Source: Chrysomallon squamiferum
Taxonomy: Eukaryota > Animalia > Mollusca
Direction: 5' to 3'
Length of the DNA: 64,000 nt
NCBI GenBank assembly: GCA_012295275.1
Contig: CM022667.1
Location: forward strand, 11,718,001-11,782,000
In this document: positions 1 to 12,888 of the stretch, piece after piece
Layout of the letters: the number at the start of each line of letters is the position of its first letter
Numbering within the stretch: the stretch's first letter is position 1
Made by a program: the position numbers and the translations under genes
The notes under the pieces: generated by a model
The model's database searches: none
Seen by the model: only the letters and a program-made list of their open reading frames with translations
What the model was told of the DNA's origin: nothing

Positions 1-882
1 ATAGAACATCCATTTTTAACAGTTTTATTCGTCAAATTCTCGTATGAAGTTTAAATTACGTAATTCTCAATAAAACAATTCGAATATTATATAAACATCC
101 ACAAATATACATACATTACAGAAAAACACATACACACACACATACACATATAATTTTCTTTCGACTATCCATTTGTCAGTCTTTCTCTCTCTCTTTCTCT
201 CTCTATCTCTCTTTCTTTCTCACTGTTTCTCTGTCTCTCTCTCTCTCTCTATTTTCCTGTCTCTTTCTCTGTCTGTACATTTCTCACTCTCTCTCTCTCC
301 GTTTAACTGTATATACTCCGTATGATATATGCTGTTAAAATAATATAAATGACATTATCATCAAGTAAACATAATACAACCATAGTATGTAATAACCATA
401 ATCTGATTATTATATACGAAATATTTTCTCAGACAAAATCTTTCCTATCTGTGTAATTTCTGTGTTAACTGTTAAGTAATAAAACGCAACAAACATTATC
501 TATCAAAAGGAGGAGAATGATGAAATCCCATGGAATGTTGCAGAGAGAAAAAAAAATGTAGATATAAATAGAACAAAGAACACATTCCATTGTTATAAAT
601 ACTTGATACCTGTCAGTACGTAGTGTTGTGCGATTCACTGTTGCAGCAAGCACGTGTATATGATATACGTAGAATATAATTTATATATATTGTTATATAG
701 GTATTTGAAGGTGTGTTTATGTGTGTGTATTTAGTTCATGTTTATGTGTGTATGTGTGTGTGTGTGTGTTCTTGTAGCCATATACACGTACAAACATCTA
801 AAATATCAAATAACTTTATATATATATATATACATAAATAGTATAGCCAGTAGCATGAAACAATAGCAAACCATTTATTATC

Positions 883-943
<61 letters not shown>

Positions 944-2138
944 AAGGTGAATATGTATGCGTTTTACATGTTCACAGTGTGTATAAAACCACATCTCTAT
1001 TAGTCATCACCAAACAATACACTGAGAGTGACATACAAACAAGCGTATTGTAACAAACGAAGATCAGAAAATGAGACTGACGTAATTTCGTAGATGGCTT
1101 TCTTCAGATCTCAATATATCGAAATTTGACTCAGATTCAGAACCATATCTTTTTTATTTTTACTATTTTCTTCTTATTTTCATTATTATTATTATTATTA
1201 TTATTATTGTGTTGTTGTTGTTTTTGTTGTAATTATTATTATTACTATTTATATTATTATTATTGTTTTATTATTATTATTATTATTACTGTTGTTGTTG
1301 TTCTTGTTATTGTTAGTTGTTATTGTTATTGTTATTATTATCGTTATTTTATTTATTTATTTATTTTATTTTATTTTTTTTTCATATATATTTTACAAAT
1401 ACATACAAAAATCGTTCCCCACCATGTTTTGCGCACATGAAAGGCTAAAAATAGACATGAGTACTGCAGCTGCGTGTGTTTTCACTGACAAATGTATTTA
1501 CCAAACACTCGCGTGGTAGACACAAAACAGTTACTTCTTTTGTTGTGGTACGCAAACCCAAACAAACAATAGCGCTTCTGGTAAGAATTAAAACAACAAA
1601 GAAAGATTAAGGCGTGATTAATCGTGATTTGTCACTGTTTTACTGCCACCATTTTCACGTTAATTTTTCGTTTTGATGATGATGTCATCGTTGTTGTTCG
1701 TGCTGATAATGTTCTCGTAGTTGTTGCTGTTGCTACTGTGCTGCCGGTATTGCTGTCGGTGTTATTCTCGTTGTTCCTCTTGTTTTTATTTTATTTATGT
1801 ATTTATTTATTTATTATTAGTAGTAGTAGTAGTAGTAGCAGCAGTAGTAATAGTACTAGTATTGTTGTTTTTAGACTGCTGTTGTTCTAGGTGCTGTTAT
1901 CGCTGTTGCTGATGTCTTATGTTTATAAAAGAGTTCTGTATAAATACATAGATATTCCCCGTTTTGTTATTACATATCGATAGCAAAAACAGTGATATTC
2001 TTTTTACGTTGTTGCTGTTTAAGTCAGTTTATGGTTAACATATTTGTTACACAACGGCAATAATAACAACAACAGCAGCAGCAGTAGCAGAAACAACAAC
2101 AACAACGTCATAAAGATTGTTAATTAACAACAAAATAC

Positions 2139-2171
<33 letters not shown>

Positions 2172-2246
2172 TAAATAAATAAATAAATAAATAGATTTTT
2201 ACTTCTTTTTTATTTTATATTTTTATTTTTATTTAATTAGGGTTAA

Positions 2247-2283
<37 letters not shown>

Positions 2284-2843
2284 ATTATTATTATAATTAT
2301 TATTATTATTATTATTATTATTTTAGTTTTTAATCATTATTTCAGAATTACTAAGTCACAGTAAAATAAAGATGTCACCCATTTATTCCTAATGCAATAA
2401 TACTTCACGTCACTGAGACAAGAAGAAATAAAAACCTGACTAAATATTTCACTAAGACTGTTTGTTGTCAGCTATCAACCGTAATATTATCAGTTATCAA
2501 AGATATCATTTATCAACAAATAAGGCTTTTATTTTTAAGATCTACAGTTCTTGTATAATAATAACTGGACACTTTTTTTCCAGTTATTTTTAACTAGTGA
2601 AAAGAACGTTCGTTATAATTAAAACTGAGATATTGTTTTTAGTCCGTGGTATTTGGTGTTGGAGATGCTTGTTCATATGTACATGTTAAACTGATACAAC
2701 ACACATACATTGTCTTTGTTCTTTATATATTTATTATATTTATTTGTTTACTTTCTAATTATTATTATCAATTTCTTTCATTGTTATTAGTATTATCATT
2801 ATCCTCTTCGATATAGTTATTGTCGTTATCATCATCATCATCA

Positions 2844-2874
<31 letters not shown>

Positions 2875-4159
2875 AGCTGTTCTTTTTTTCTTTAATTTCA
2901 CATTTTCGTTTCTTTTTTTGTTTTTTTTTTTCCTTTTTTTTTTTTTTTTCCTCTATCTTTCCAATTATTCGTTTCTGTTGTCGTTGTTGTTGTTGTATTG
3001 TATTGTTGTTATTATTGCACTGCGATTGTTTACAGAAACACGTTAAATCTCTATTACTCATTCAAAACGTAAACATCTGTTTCTTATTTCTTTCGTTAAC
3101 CCGCTTTCAAAACACTGGACAGAAAATAAATGGTATCGTCATCCGTTTAACCCCTATTTTATACAAGCAAGTCTATTAATTGCCTTCTACACTGAAAACC
3201 TGTTAACTTGACACCGCTATTGAGTTACGCTTTTTAACATTTAAAAAAACTAGCTGCAGTGACGTCATAACGATCGTAAGTCTTGGTACCAGTCGTGTAA
3301 AAATCACATTCTTTTTATTTTCTTATTTATTCTTCTCTTCCCAGAAATAAAATAACCTATTAATTTAATAATATTTCTATAGGCGAAATGGTTTAATTTG
3401 GGAACTTCTCCGTGCAACTGTACTACTTTTAGAATGCCCTGGAGTCTGATGGCATAAAAATATTAATAGCCACGTCACGTTAGACTTGGGAAACAGAGTC
3501 GATGGTTAAGATGGAAGCCACATAGTTCCGTACAAGTCGATTTAATGTCATTTGTTAAGAAAAACCCGCAGGCTATGTTGTTGTTGGGGTTATTTTTATA
3601 GCTTTTCTGTTTCTTTATTATTACCGTCATGTGGAAGTTTTATTTATTTATTCATTCATTCATTCATTCATTTATATACTTATTTACTTGTTTATTTTAC
3701 ATTTATTTATTTATTTACTTACTTACGTATTTATTTACTTGTTTATTTATTTAGGTACACACACATTTTTTTTTAATGATCATATTTATTTATTTTTATT
3801 TTATTGTTATTAATTTTAAATATTTTTAACGTTTCAGTTCTTGTTATCGATTATGTGTCTGATTTTACTAACTTGCTAACACATTACTGATTTGTCTGTT
3901 TTACACATGTACACCGTGTTACAAGAAGAAAAAAAAAACAAATATATATTAATTAACGATCTGTCCACTTTCTTTACTTAAAAATACATTTATAATAAAT
4001 TAAAAATAATGAACTTAACTGATAATCTGATGAATATCAAAAACATCAAGAAATCTCACCTTACAGCGAGATCCCTCTTACCTAACAAATTGCTGAAGTA
4101 TGACGTCATTACACCTGACCTCTGATTTCCCAGCCAAAAAGCACAACCTGAATAGATAC

Positions 4160-4193
<34 letters not shown>

Positions 4194-4711
4194 AAGAGAT
4201 CAAAAATCTTATTGATCCGACCACCCTTTCTGGTTTAACGTCTCGTAAAATTAAGTTATCTTTTCAATGGCAGATCAAATCTGACGTAAAACGAGCGTAA
4301 AGTGGAACTAAAACTTCTCCGATAACTCGCACACACTCACATGTGATACGCAGATGTTTTTTTGTTTGTTTCTCTTCTTCTTCTATCGTCTTACTAAACA
4401 CATCCGCTACTTACGCGGAGTTATCGTACCCTGAGTCGAGCTCTTCACGCCAAGTCAGAGCGAGTCTCCTCTAAACAGTTAAGAAACGCTGGAATCTAGA
4501 TCTACATATCTTTCCTTAAATAACCCTGCCAGAGACAAAGACGCGGTGTATAAAATTAAGGAGATTCCCCGGCGGGGAAAATCGTTTTTGCGAGCGACTG
4601 GTTTCCTTTGATGAATTGCGAAGGTTGTCCAGAAATCTGTCGTGACGTCAGAAGCAAATTTGTAAATAATCAAAATGTATAGAGAATGAAATCGCTACAG
4701 TCACAGCTAAG

Positions 4712-4779
<68 letters not shown>

Positions 4780-4825
4780 TTTGCTAGATGAATCGTCAAA
4801 GACAAATGTTTATTGCTAAAATAGA

Positions 4826-5050
4826 TGGATAGTTAAACACATTACTGCTTGCAGATAAATAAATAAACAAACAAATTACTAAATAAATTGATAGATAAAC
4901 ACATTAGTGCTTTCAGATAAATAAATAGACAATAAATAAATAAATAAATTGAAAGATAAACACATTAATGCTTGCAAATAAATAAATTAACTAATTAATA
5001 AACAAGTAAACAAATGGATAGATAAACACATTAATGCTTGCAAATAAATA
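4826..5050. repeat. Degenerate minisatellite, 4 units of about 60-70 bp
   Basis: Recurring core gataaacacattaatgcttgcaaataaata. Confidence 0.75.
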
Positions 5051-5645
5051 AATAAAATAAATAAATAAATAAATAAATAAATAAACACCATGGAAGACAA
5101 AGACAAATTTCGTTACGCGATAAACTTGACATATTGATTAGTTACAGAAAGTAACTTTAGAATTCTAGACAAAAATCTCTCACTTTAAGTTATATATGTT
5201 TGTCGATTGTTCCGGCTCTTTGTAACACGAATTATCTTCTTTTTTATAAGAGGATATATTTTCTTAAAGGTCGCTAAAGGATGTTTCATCTGAATGGGCC
5301 GAAGAAGGAGAATATTTCATTGATTTTTATTCCCCCAGAAACATTTACTTCTTGTTCCGCCATTGCGCAAAGTACTCTCTGTGAAATGAAAGTGAATTAT
5401 TTATAACGTTCATAAGTTTAAAACCGTGTCGACGTTGGCGTTGTTTTGCGGCCGTTGTTTGACAGTTGATGTATCTATTGTTGTCGACGTGCTCGTTAAT
5501 AAAGAATGGCAATGTTTACCCTTTTACTGTTGTATCGTCGTTTATTTAGTGGTTGTTATTATTGTTGTTTATTGTGGTTGTTTGTTATTGTTGATGTTGC
5601 TGCAGGGGCTACAGCTGACGTTGGTTATTGTCATCTTCTTAATGT

Positions 5646-5686
<41 letters not shown>

Positions 5687-5884
5687 TTATTTATTATTAT
5701 TATTTTTATTAATTTTTATTATTATTATTCATTCATTCGTGTGTTTATTTATTTATTTATTATTTGGTAATTTATTATGTATTTAGTTTTTAATTAATTT
5801 ATTTACCTATTTATTTGATTATTATTTACTTACTTACTTAATAACTCGTTTGTTTGTTTACTGATTTGTTTATTTATCTTACAG

Positions 5885-5970
5885 CTGATACTGATGACGA
5901 GTCACAAATGGTTGTTTCTCTTCTGGTTGACGGGGAGGAGTCTATGATGGAATTTATAGACGGTCCACAG
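5885..5970 (+). CDS. RGK-family (Rad/Rem/Gem-like) small GTPase, internal exon covering the switch region; 5' exons with the P-loop are not seen in the window
   Basis: ttacag| acceptor and |gtgaga donor; 86 nt, phase 1 to 0; translates xDTDDESQMVVSLLVDGEESMMEFIDGPQ, matching the Ras/RGK 'VDGEE' strand; in frame with the next exon. Not in the ORF track. Confidence 0.8.
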
Positions 5971-6985
5971 GTGAGAAAGAAACATAAAATTAAAACAAAT
6001 TCCTACAAATAAATAAATAAGCAGACACCCAAACTAACAAGCAGACACATAGACAAATAAATATACACATACACACACACACACATGAACATACATACAC
6101 ACATACACATATGTATGTACATACATACATACCTAGCCACAATATATGCATACAAAGTATGTGTGTGTATCTGTATGTATATTTGTATACAAAAACAAAC
6201 CTGTAAACATAAAAGCCTACCTGTTCAGAATTTGTCTATGTCTTTCATGCTATAGCTCTAGATTTAAAAAAAAAAAAAAAAAAAAATTATCTCTTTTTTC
6301 TCCGTCTTATATCTAATAAAACTAACAACAAACATTAAAACAATCCATTCAACTGTTCTGCTTTTAAAGAAGAGGTTTATGAATCATACGTAAAGTACTC
6401 AAGCGAAAAAAAAAAAGTGAGTTATCGGTATATCCGCGATTCTTAAGTAAGTTAAACATGTAGTGGTTATAAACTTAGCCCATTCTATCTGAGTATCTGT
6501 TCATTGAGCGATAACGCAGTGGTTAGAGTAGTCGATTGAATGTGATTGTTCTCTGTATGCATTGTAAGCATCCTTCCTTTCCATGGTATAGAAATAAATA
6601 AATAAATAAATATTACGATTATTTAGTATTATTAAAGGCTGTTGTACATGAGATCCTGAAAACAGAAAAATGTGGTAAATTTTGTTTTCGGAAAGTACAA
6701 TATTACTGTATATTGCGAATGTAAATTGTCATCTGTTGACCTTTATATTTAGAACATCGTTTTAATTTTTATTTTTAATTTTTTTTATTTGTTTATTTTT
6801 ATTTTATCTTATTTTATTTTTATGTTCTTGGGTTGTTGTTTTTTTGTTTTGCTTTTTTTGTTTGTTTGGTGGGTATTTTGTTTTTTCTTTGCTTTTTATT
6901 TGTTTGGTTTTTTGAGGGGGTTTTTAAAGTGTTTTTTTTATTAATGTTTTATGTTTATTTATTTATGTTTTTTATTTTTATTCAG

Positions 6986-7172
6986 GTATCAGAATGTGAA
7001 GATTTAAGAGTTGACGCCTACATCGTCGTTTTCTCCTCCATTGACCAAGCCTCGTTCAACGCCGCCGTCAACATTGTCCGAACCCTGAGAGTGGACGTAG
7101 GCACGGACAGAGCGGTCATCTTGGTAGCCAGCAAAACAGACTTAGTCCGTCAACGTCGAGTTTCCTCATCAG
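6986..7172 (+). CDS. RGK-family small GTPase, exon with the G4 region
   Basis: ttcag| acceptor and |gtttgt donor; 187 nt, phase 0 to 1; VSECEDLRVDAYIVVFSSIDQASF...VILVASKTDLVRQRRVSSS fits the RGK 'DAxxxVxS...ILVxNKxDLVRxR' pattern. Confidence 0.9.
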
Positions 7173-8314
7173 GTTTGTACTCAAACAGAAAAATGTTTAC
7201 ATTTTTACGTGTTGTAGTTACGTTTTTGTGGTTTTTTTATTTCAGTAAATATTATTGCTTGGCTTATTTTATTTTATTTTATTTTATTTTATTTTATTTT
7301 ACGTATTTTTTTATTTATTTTTTATTTTACGTTTATTTTTATTTTTATTTTTATTTTTATTTTACGTGTTTTTATTTAATATTTTTAGTTTTAGTTTTAT
7401 TTTATTACAATTTTTATTTTTTATTTTTTAATTACTACTAACTACTGTTTTGTTTATTTGTTTTGTTCATTTGTTTATTTAACTGTTATTTTACTTTAAT
7501 TTATTTCTAGTCGTTCTATTTACTTATTTCAGTTTTAATTTATTTATTTTATTTCGTACACTTCATATTGGTTTTCCCAGAAGTTATTTCTCTTTTATTT
7601 AATTGGGTCTTTTTTTTTTTTTACTCTGAATATATCATGTTACTGTTTTTATTTAAAAGAAAATTTAAATTTATTTTATTAATCTATAATTGAATTAGTC
7701 TTTAAACCCTCGGCTTTGAGGACCACAACTGTTAGGGCACGGATATCGTGGGCACACACACACACACCCCCACACCCTAACATCCATGCAAACCTAGTAC
7801 TCGAGACTGTCATTTATTTGTTTATCATTATTCACACAACGCTGCTATCTGAAGATGTCCGTAATCTCCAGTAATTCTGTTTCGTCTGCCATTCGGTGAA
7901 AAGCCAAGCAGCTGTTTTCCCACGACCAGTCTAAACACATTAAAGTGTTTTTGGAGTTTCCAGTGGATCTTGGCATTGATTTGTTTCTTTTCTGGGCGTC
8001 TTCATCGATTCCCCTGGTCGACCTTTGCTTTCACTTTGGTCCGGTGTAAAACGCGTTTTTTCCGCTTCCCCTGAGTAAACGGCGTTTTTCGCCGTACACG
8101 ACCAAGTGTCTGTGGCTGTCCTCGACTGACTCGTTGCCTCCAGAAACCACTTTTCTTAATGAATCTCGCTTCTCCGACGTAGTTGACGTAATTGTCACCA
8201 CGTCTAGAGTGGACTCTAGTGCGTTGTCCCCAGGCGCGGTTGATCACAGAGTCGGTTAATAGTGTCGAGTTGTGTGTAGAAAATCAGTTGTGTTTTTTTT
8301 ATTTATTGGGGTGT

Positions 8315-8361
<47 letters not shown>

Positions 8362-8462
8362 TTTGTGTGTGTGTGTGTGTGTGAGTTTGAGTGTGTGAAA
8401 GAGTGTGAGTTGTGTGTGTAAGAGTGTGTGAGTGTGTGTGTGTGTGTGAGTGCGTGTGTGTG

Positions 8463-8520
<58 letters not shown>

Positions 8521-9016
8521 AATTAGTAATTTGCACGCTCCTGCTTGCTGTCATAAATTGACTTGGAGAGGTGTTTGAGTTAATAACAATAAAAACTACG
8601 TTTATTAGCTGTGGAGAGGAAATTAGTCGTGTATTTTGTTATTTAGTAGTCATACAGCTGAAACTCACTGGGATATTTCAAAGAGAAATGCTTCATTAAA
8701 AAAGCCGTTTTTGTGTTCCTTGACTAGAGATACTAATTATCTTAAACCGCCTTCCCTCGTATCCTAGCAACAGACTTCAGATGTAATACAGTTGTTTAAT
8801 AATTGAGATAATAAACTGGGTAAATGAAATCAAGGTCACGATGCAGGTGAATATTCTCCACGTGATAAAAAAATATGATAACGAATGCAAACCGATCTAT
8901 CGCAGTTTGTAATTGTGAGCACTGCCACTTTCGTAGCAGAAAGCCATAAAAATTACATGAAGTGACAAAACTAATTTAGTATTTCTGACTTGAAGATTTA
9001 CCACTTTGTTGTCTTC

Positions 9017-9056
<40 letters not shown>

Positions 9057-10416
9057 TTTAAGAAAAAAAAATGAAAATGGAATATTCTCCAGTAATTTTT
9101 ATCATATGTATTTGGCAGGATACTCCCTTGGATGTTTTCCACAAGAGGTTTGCCACTTTGAATATAGCTAGTAAAAATAATAATTAAAACATTTTAAAAA
9201 TGGAAACTAATTAAACAACACTGACAGCTGATAAACGTGACATGTCACTAAATCACCAATGGATCTCTTATCAGACACAATCTGAAGCAATGATCACGAT
9301 TTTTAGATATTTATATCGAATCGTCATACAGACAGTAAACATGGATTCAGTTATTTATTAATATTAACTATTTCATTAAGCCAGTTTACATTTATTGGAA
9401 ATAAAATTCTGTAATTTACAATATAAAACTGTACACGTATAAAAACACACACACACACATTTAACATAATTTGGATAACTGTGAAAACGTAACCAGATTT
9501 ATATATATTTGGTAAATAAACCATTGTAACTTAATTAAAACGTGTACATACAGAGGTAATCAGGTATTTGGCTAGACGAGTTATTTCGGCAATCTGGGAA
9601 TTAGACAAACTGGGAATTCGACCAGTTGGGAAGACACAATATTACCAGTCAGTTATAAGACAAACACTAACAGTTTATTGCAGATTGCTCTGAAAATCGG
9701 AGAACCTGCCCCAGCTAGCGTCATCTTTCTTATAACGTAAAGGCCTGATCCAACAATGGGGGTGATTTCATTCCCTGCCAACAACCCCCTCTTACTCATA
9801 ACAGTGGTATCGCCCACTTTAGGCTTTGAACTGATTCAATTTCTGAACCCGATATGAACCATAATAAATCTTGTAGTATGTCTACTTAATCAAACAGGAT
9901 TTGTGTCTTTCTCTAATAATGCAAACAGTGGTTTTTTTGTTTTTTTTTCGCGTATTTTCTTATATTATTACTCACAAGTATGAAGCCCAATTCTTTTTTT
10001 ACTCATCCATGCTGTCCGTAATTTTTAATCCATCCGTCCTTCCGTGCAAAAGGTCACGTTGGCTTTTCACTGCCGTGGTCGAACAATAGAGAGATTGATT
10101 GTAGTTTCCAAGGACGAAGGAAACATGCGGACAACAAAGATTTCTCCACGTTAATATGATTTATTAATTCGTACAGCTGTCGACAAGCCATTGACGCCAT
10201 ATCCGGAGCCGCCATTAAAAACGCTGTCAATTATTGCAGTTAAACTAGTGAAATGTCAGTCGTAGTCAGTAATCGGGCTTTTAATAAGCATTAGAAGATA
10301 ATGTATATCATGCGAATCAGCTGGCTGGAATCTCACCAGTATTGGTCTTTTTTGCTTCCAGTTTGTAAAGTAAATACTTAAAAGGAAAAGTGTCTGAGGC
10401 CATATTAATGTGTGGG

Positions 10417-10465
<49 letters not shown>

Positions 10466-11428
10466 TGTGACCTATCAATAACAGTAAAAATAGTAGCATA
10501 ATAATAGCAGGGGCAGAAGAAACAGAAGTAAATGGTAATAGTATCAGTAATAATAGTGGTAGTAGTAGTAACAATCATAATAGCAGTAATAGTAAACGTA
10601 ACAGCACTAGTGGCAGTAGTGATACATTGATGATAGTAATAATAATAGCAATAGTGGTAGCTGCAGTAGTAGCAGCAAAAGCAGTTGCTGCACTAGTTGT
10701 AATCGAAGTCGAAGTCGTAGTGTAAGTCTTACTACTAGTAGCGGTGGTAATGTTGGTGATGATGGTAGTGGTAATGACGTTAGTAGTAGTTGTAGTAGTA
10801 GTAGTAACAGAGGTAGTATTAAAACAACAGCAGTAATATTAGTTATAATTCAGTAATTTAGGTTGCTGTTGTTTTTGCTGCGGATACAGCTGTTGTTGGA
10901 GACGATGATAATGATCTTTCTGGTGTCGTTGCCAACTGAACAGGAAGATAATTATGATACATGCTTTTCTTTGTCAAGTTGAACAATTACCGTATGTTTG
11001 ACACTAATAGCTCAGTGGTTGGTAAATAATGGTTAGTTATCTCTCACAAGTGCGACGTTATAAACCTTTACACAGTTCTTGTTCATTTACTGAGTCTGGT
11101 CGCCCTTTAACACAACACTCGTCCGTAATATGCCATAATATTTAGAACACTCGACTCAAACATATGTCAGAGTACTTTCTCATGTTCGTTCATGTTCAGG
11201 ACACTCTAATAAAACATTTGTTGGAGTATTCAGAATACTGTACTGAAAATGTTTTTTAATTTTATGTTAGATAATTCGTTTTTTTTTTTTTCTTTCAGAA
11301 CATTGTTTAAAACGTTTATGATAGATCATTTATTGAGAACATTTTTGTAGTAAAACATGCTTGATGTTTTTTTTGATTTTTTTTTTTATTTTTCTTTAAT
11401 CGTTATGTTTTTTTGTTTTTGTTTGCAG

Positions 11429-11688
11429 ATGCTAAGCTGATTGCTATCAAGTATGACTGCAAATACACGGAGGTGTCCGTGGCTCTGAACCAGCACGTGG
11501 ACGAGCTCGTCGTGGGGACTCTGACTCAGATTCGCTTGAAGCTGAACCCAGATGCGGGCGCCTCCCAGCAAGCGGAGAAAGCGAAGAGGAAGATCAGCTC
11601 GCCGAAACGAGCCATGTCGTTCATCACGAAACTCTTCAAACAAAACAGCAAGAAGGCCAAATCGTGTGACAATCTTTTCGTGTGCTAA
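11429..11688 (+). CDS. RGK-family small GTPase, terminal exon
   Basis: ttgcag| acceptor, phase 1 (G+AT = Asp); DAKLIAIKYDCKYTEVSVALNQHVDELVVGTLTQIRL...KRAMSFITKLFKQNSKKAKSCDNLFVC*; basic tail plus KSCxxL with Cys seventh from the end is the RGK C-terminal signature. Confidence 0.9.
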
Positions 11689-12572
11689 CGTCCTAGATTA
11701 GTTGAAAGCTATCATCATCATCATCGTCGTCATTTGAACACATTTCTCAAGTTTTTGGTATTGTAAATCCATCCCGACTGCAGCATCTGGACCTTCTTTA
11801 TACGCTTTAAATTAAACTCCAGCTGCAAAAACACCACGTGCTAAAACAGTGACATCTGCGAAGACTCATTTTGACGAGAAAGACGTAATGATAATTATGG
11901 TATTACATAAAGAGATGACGTAATCATCCGAGAAAGAGTAACATTAACGGCAGTGCATAAAGGAATGACGTAATCATATGAAGAAGTCATGAATTTTTGT
12001 TTGCACTAAGAAAATGACGTAATATAAAAATTTTTATTAAGATGTTCATATTTTTCCCAAGGAATAGTTTAGTATATGACGATGACGTAACAACAGGAAG
12101 AAACAACGGCGAAGAACTTCCATCACGTATAATAATGATACCTTATTTCCCCCACAGGTAAGAAGAACCTTTAATCGCTTTCATTCACGAGATATTTCAT
12201 CATGCTTGCAACGTGCAGGCGCGCACGCATACGAACATACATACAATCAATAAATTATATATACATGCATAGATGGCGAGTTATGTACTAACACCAAATT
12301 ATCTTAACCTTCAAGTATAATTTGCTATAGTAAACACCGGAAAATTATAAAAAATTTATGTCCTATTATATTAAATGCATCCTCTAACAAAACTGTGCTA
12401 GCTATTGTTGCAAAGGGAAAGAAGCAGCAGATGTTGATGGCCATGACAGCGTTCCGGAAATATATGGCATAGTAAACAATTTCATACGTGATATTGAACG
12501 AAATTAATATTTTTCGAAGGAGGTCGTTGCTGCTGGGTGATATCGATTGCGTTCATGCAGTTGTGACGACAC

Positions 12573-12578
12573 AATAAA
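12573..12578 (+). promoter_or_regulatory. Candidate polyadenylation signal of the RGK gene
   Basis: AATAAA about 890 nt after the stop codon, followed by a GT/T-rich tract (gtcgtcgtggcctttgtt). Confidence 0.35.
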
Positions 12579-12641
12579 GATCTCAGTTTGACGTCGTCGT
12601 GGCCTTTGTTCTGACACGTAATTAGTTTCTCTTTCTTCCTT

Positions 12642-12680
<39 letters not shown>

Positions 12681-12834
12681 ATTGTTATTTTTAATATTAT
12701 TGGGTGTTTTTTTAGGATGATAATAATAATAATAATAGATGTAGGCGTAGTAGTAGTAGTAGTAGTAGTAGTATACGTAACAACAGCAAAACCAACAATA
12801 ATACATTAATATCTGAGAAATTTGAACTGATACG

Positions 12835-12888
<54 letters not shown>

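Noticed and set aside
2643-2700. GVG-containing stretch as the missing RGK P-loop exon
   Set aside because: No GxxxxGK[ST] motif or compatible donor; the 5' exons are probably upstream of the window.
11008-11018. tRNA A-box-like TAGCTCAGTGG (similar near 6512, and a B-box-like minus-strand stretch near 39044-39058)
   Set aside because: No paired A/B boxes or cloverleaf; at most SINE debris.
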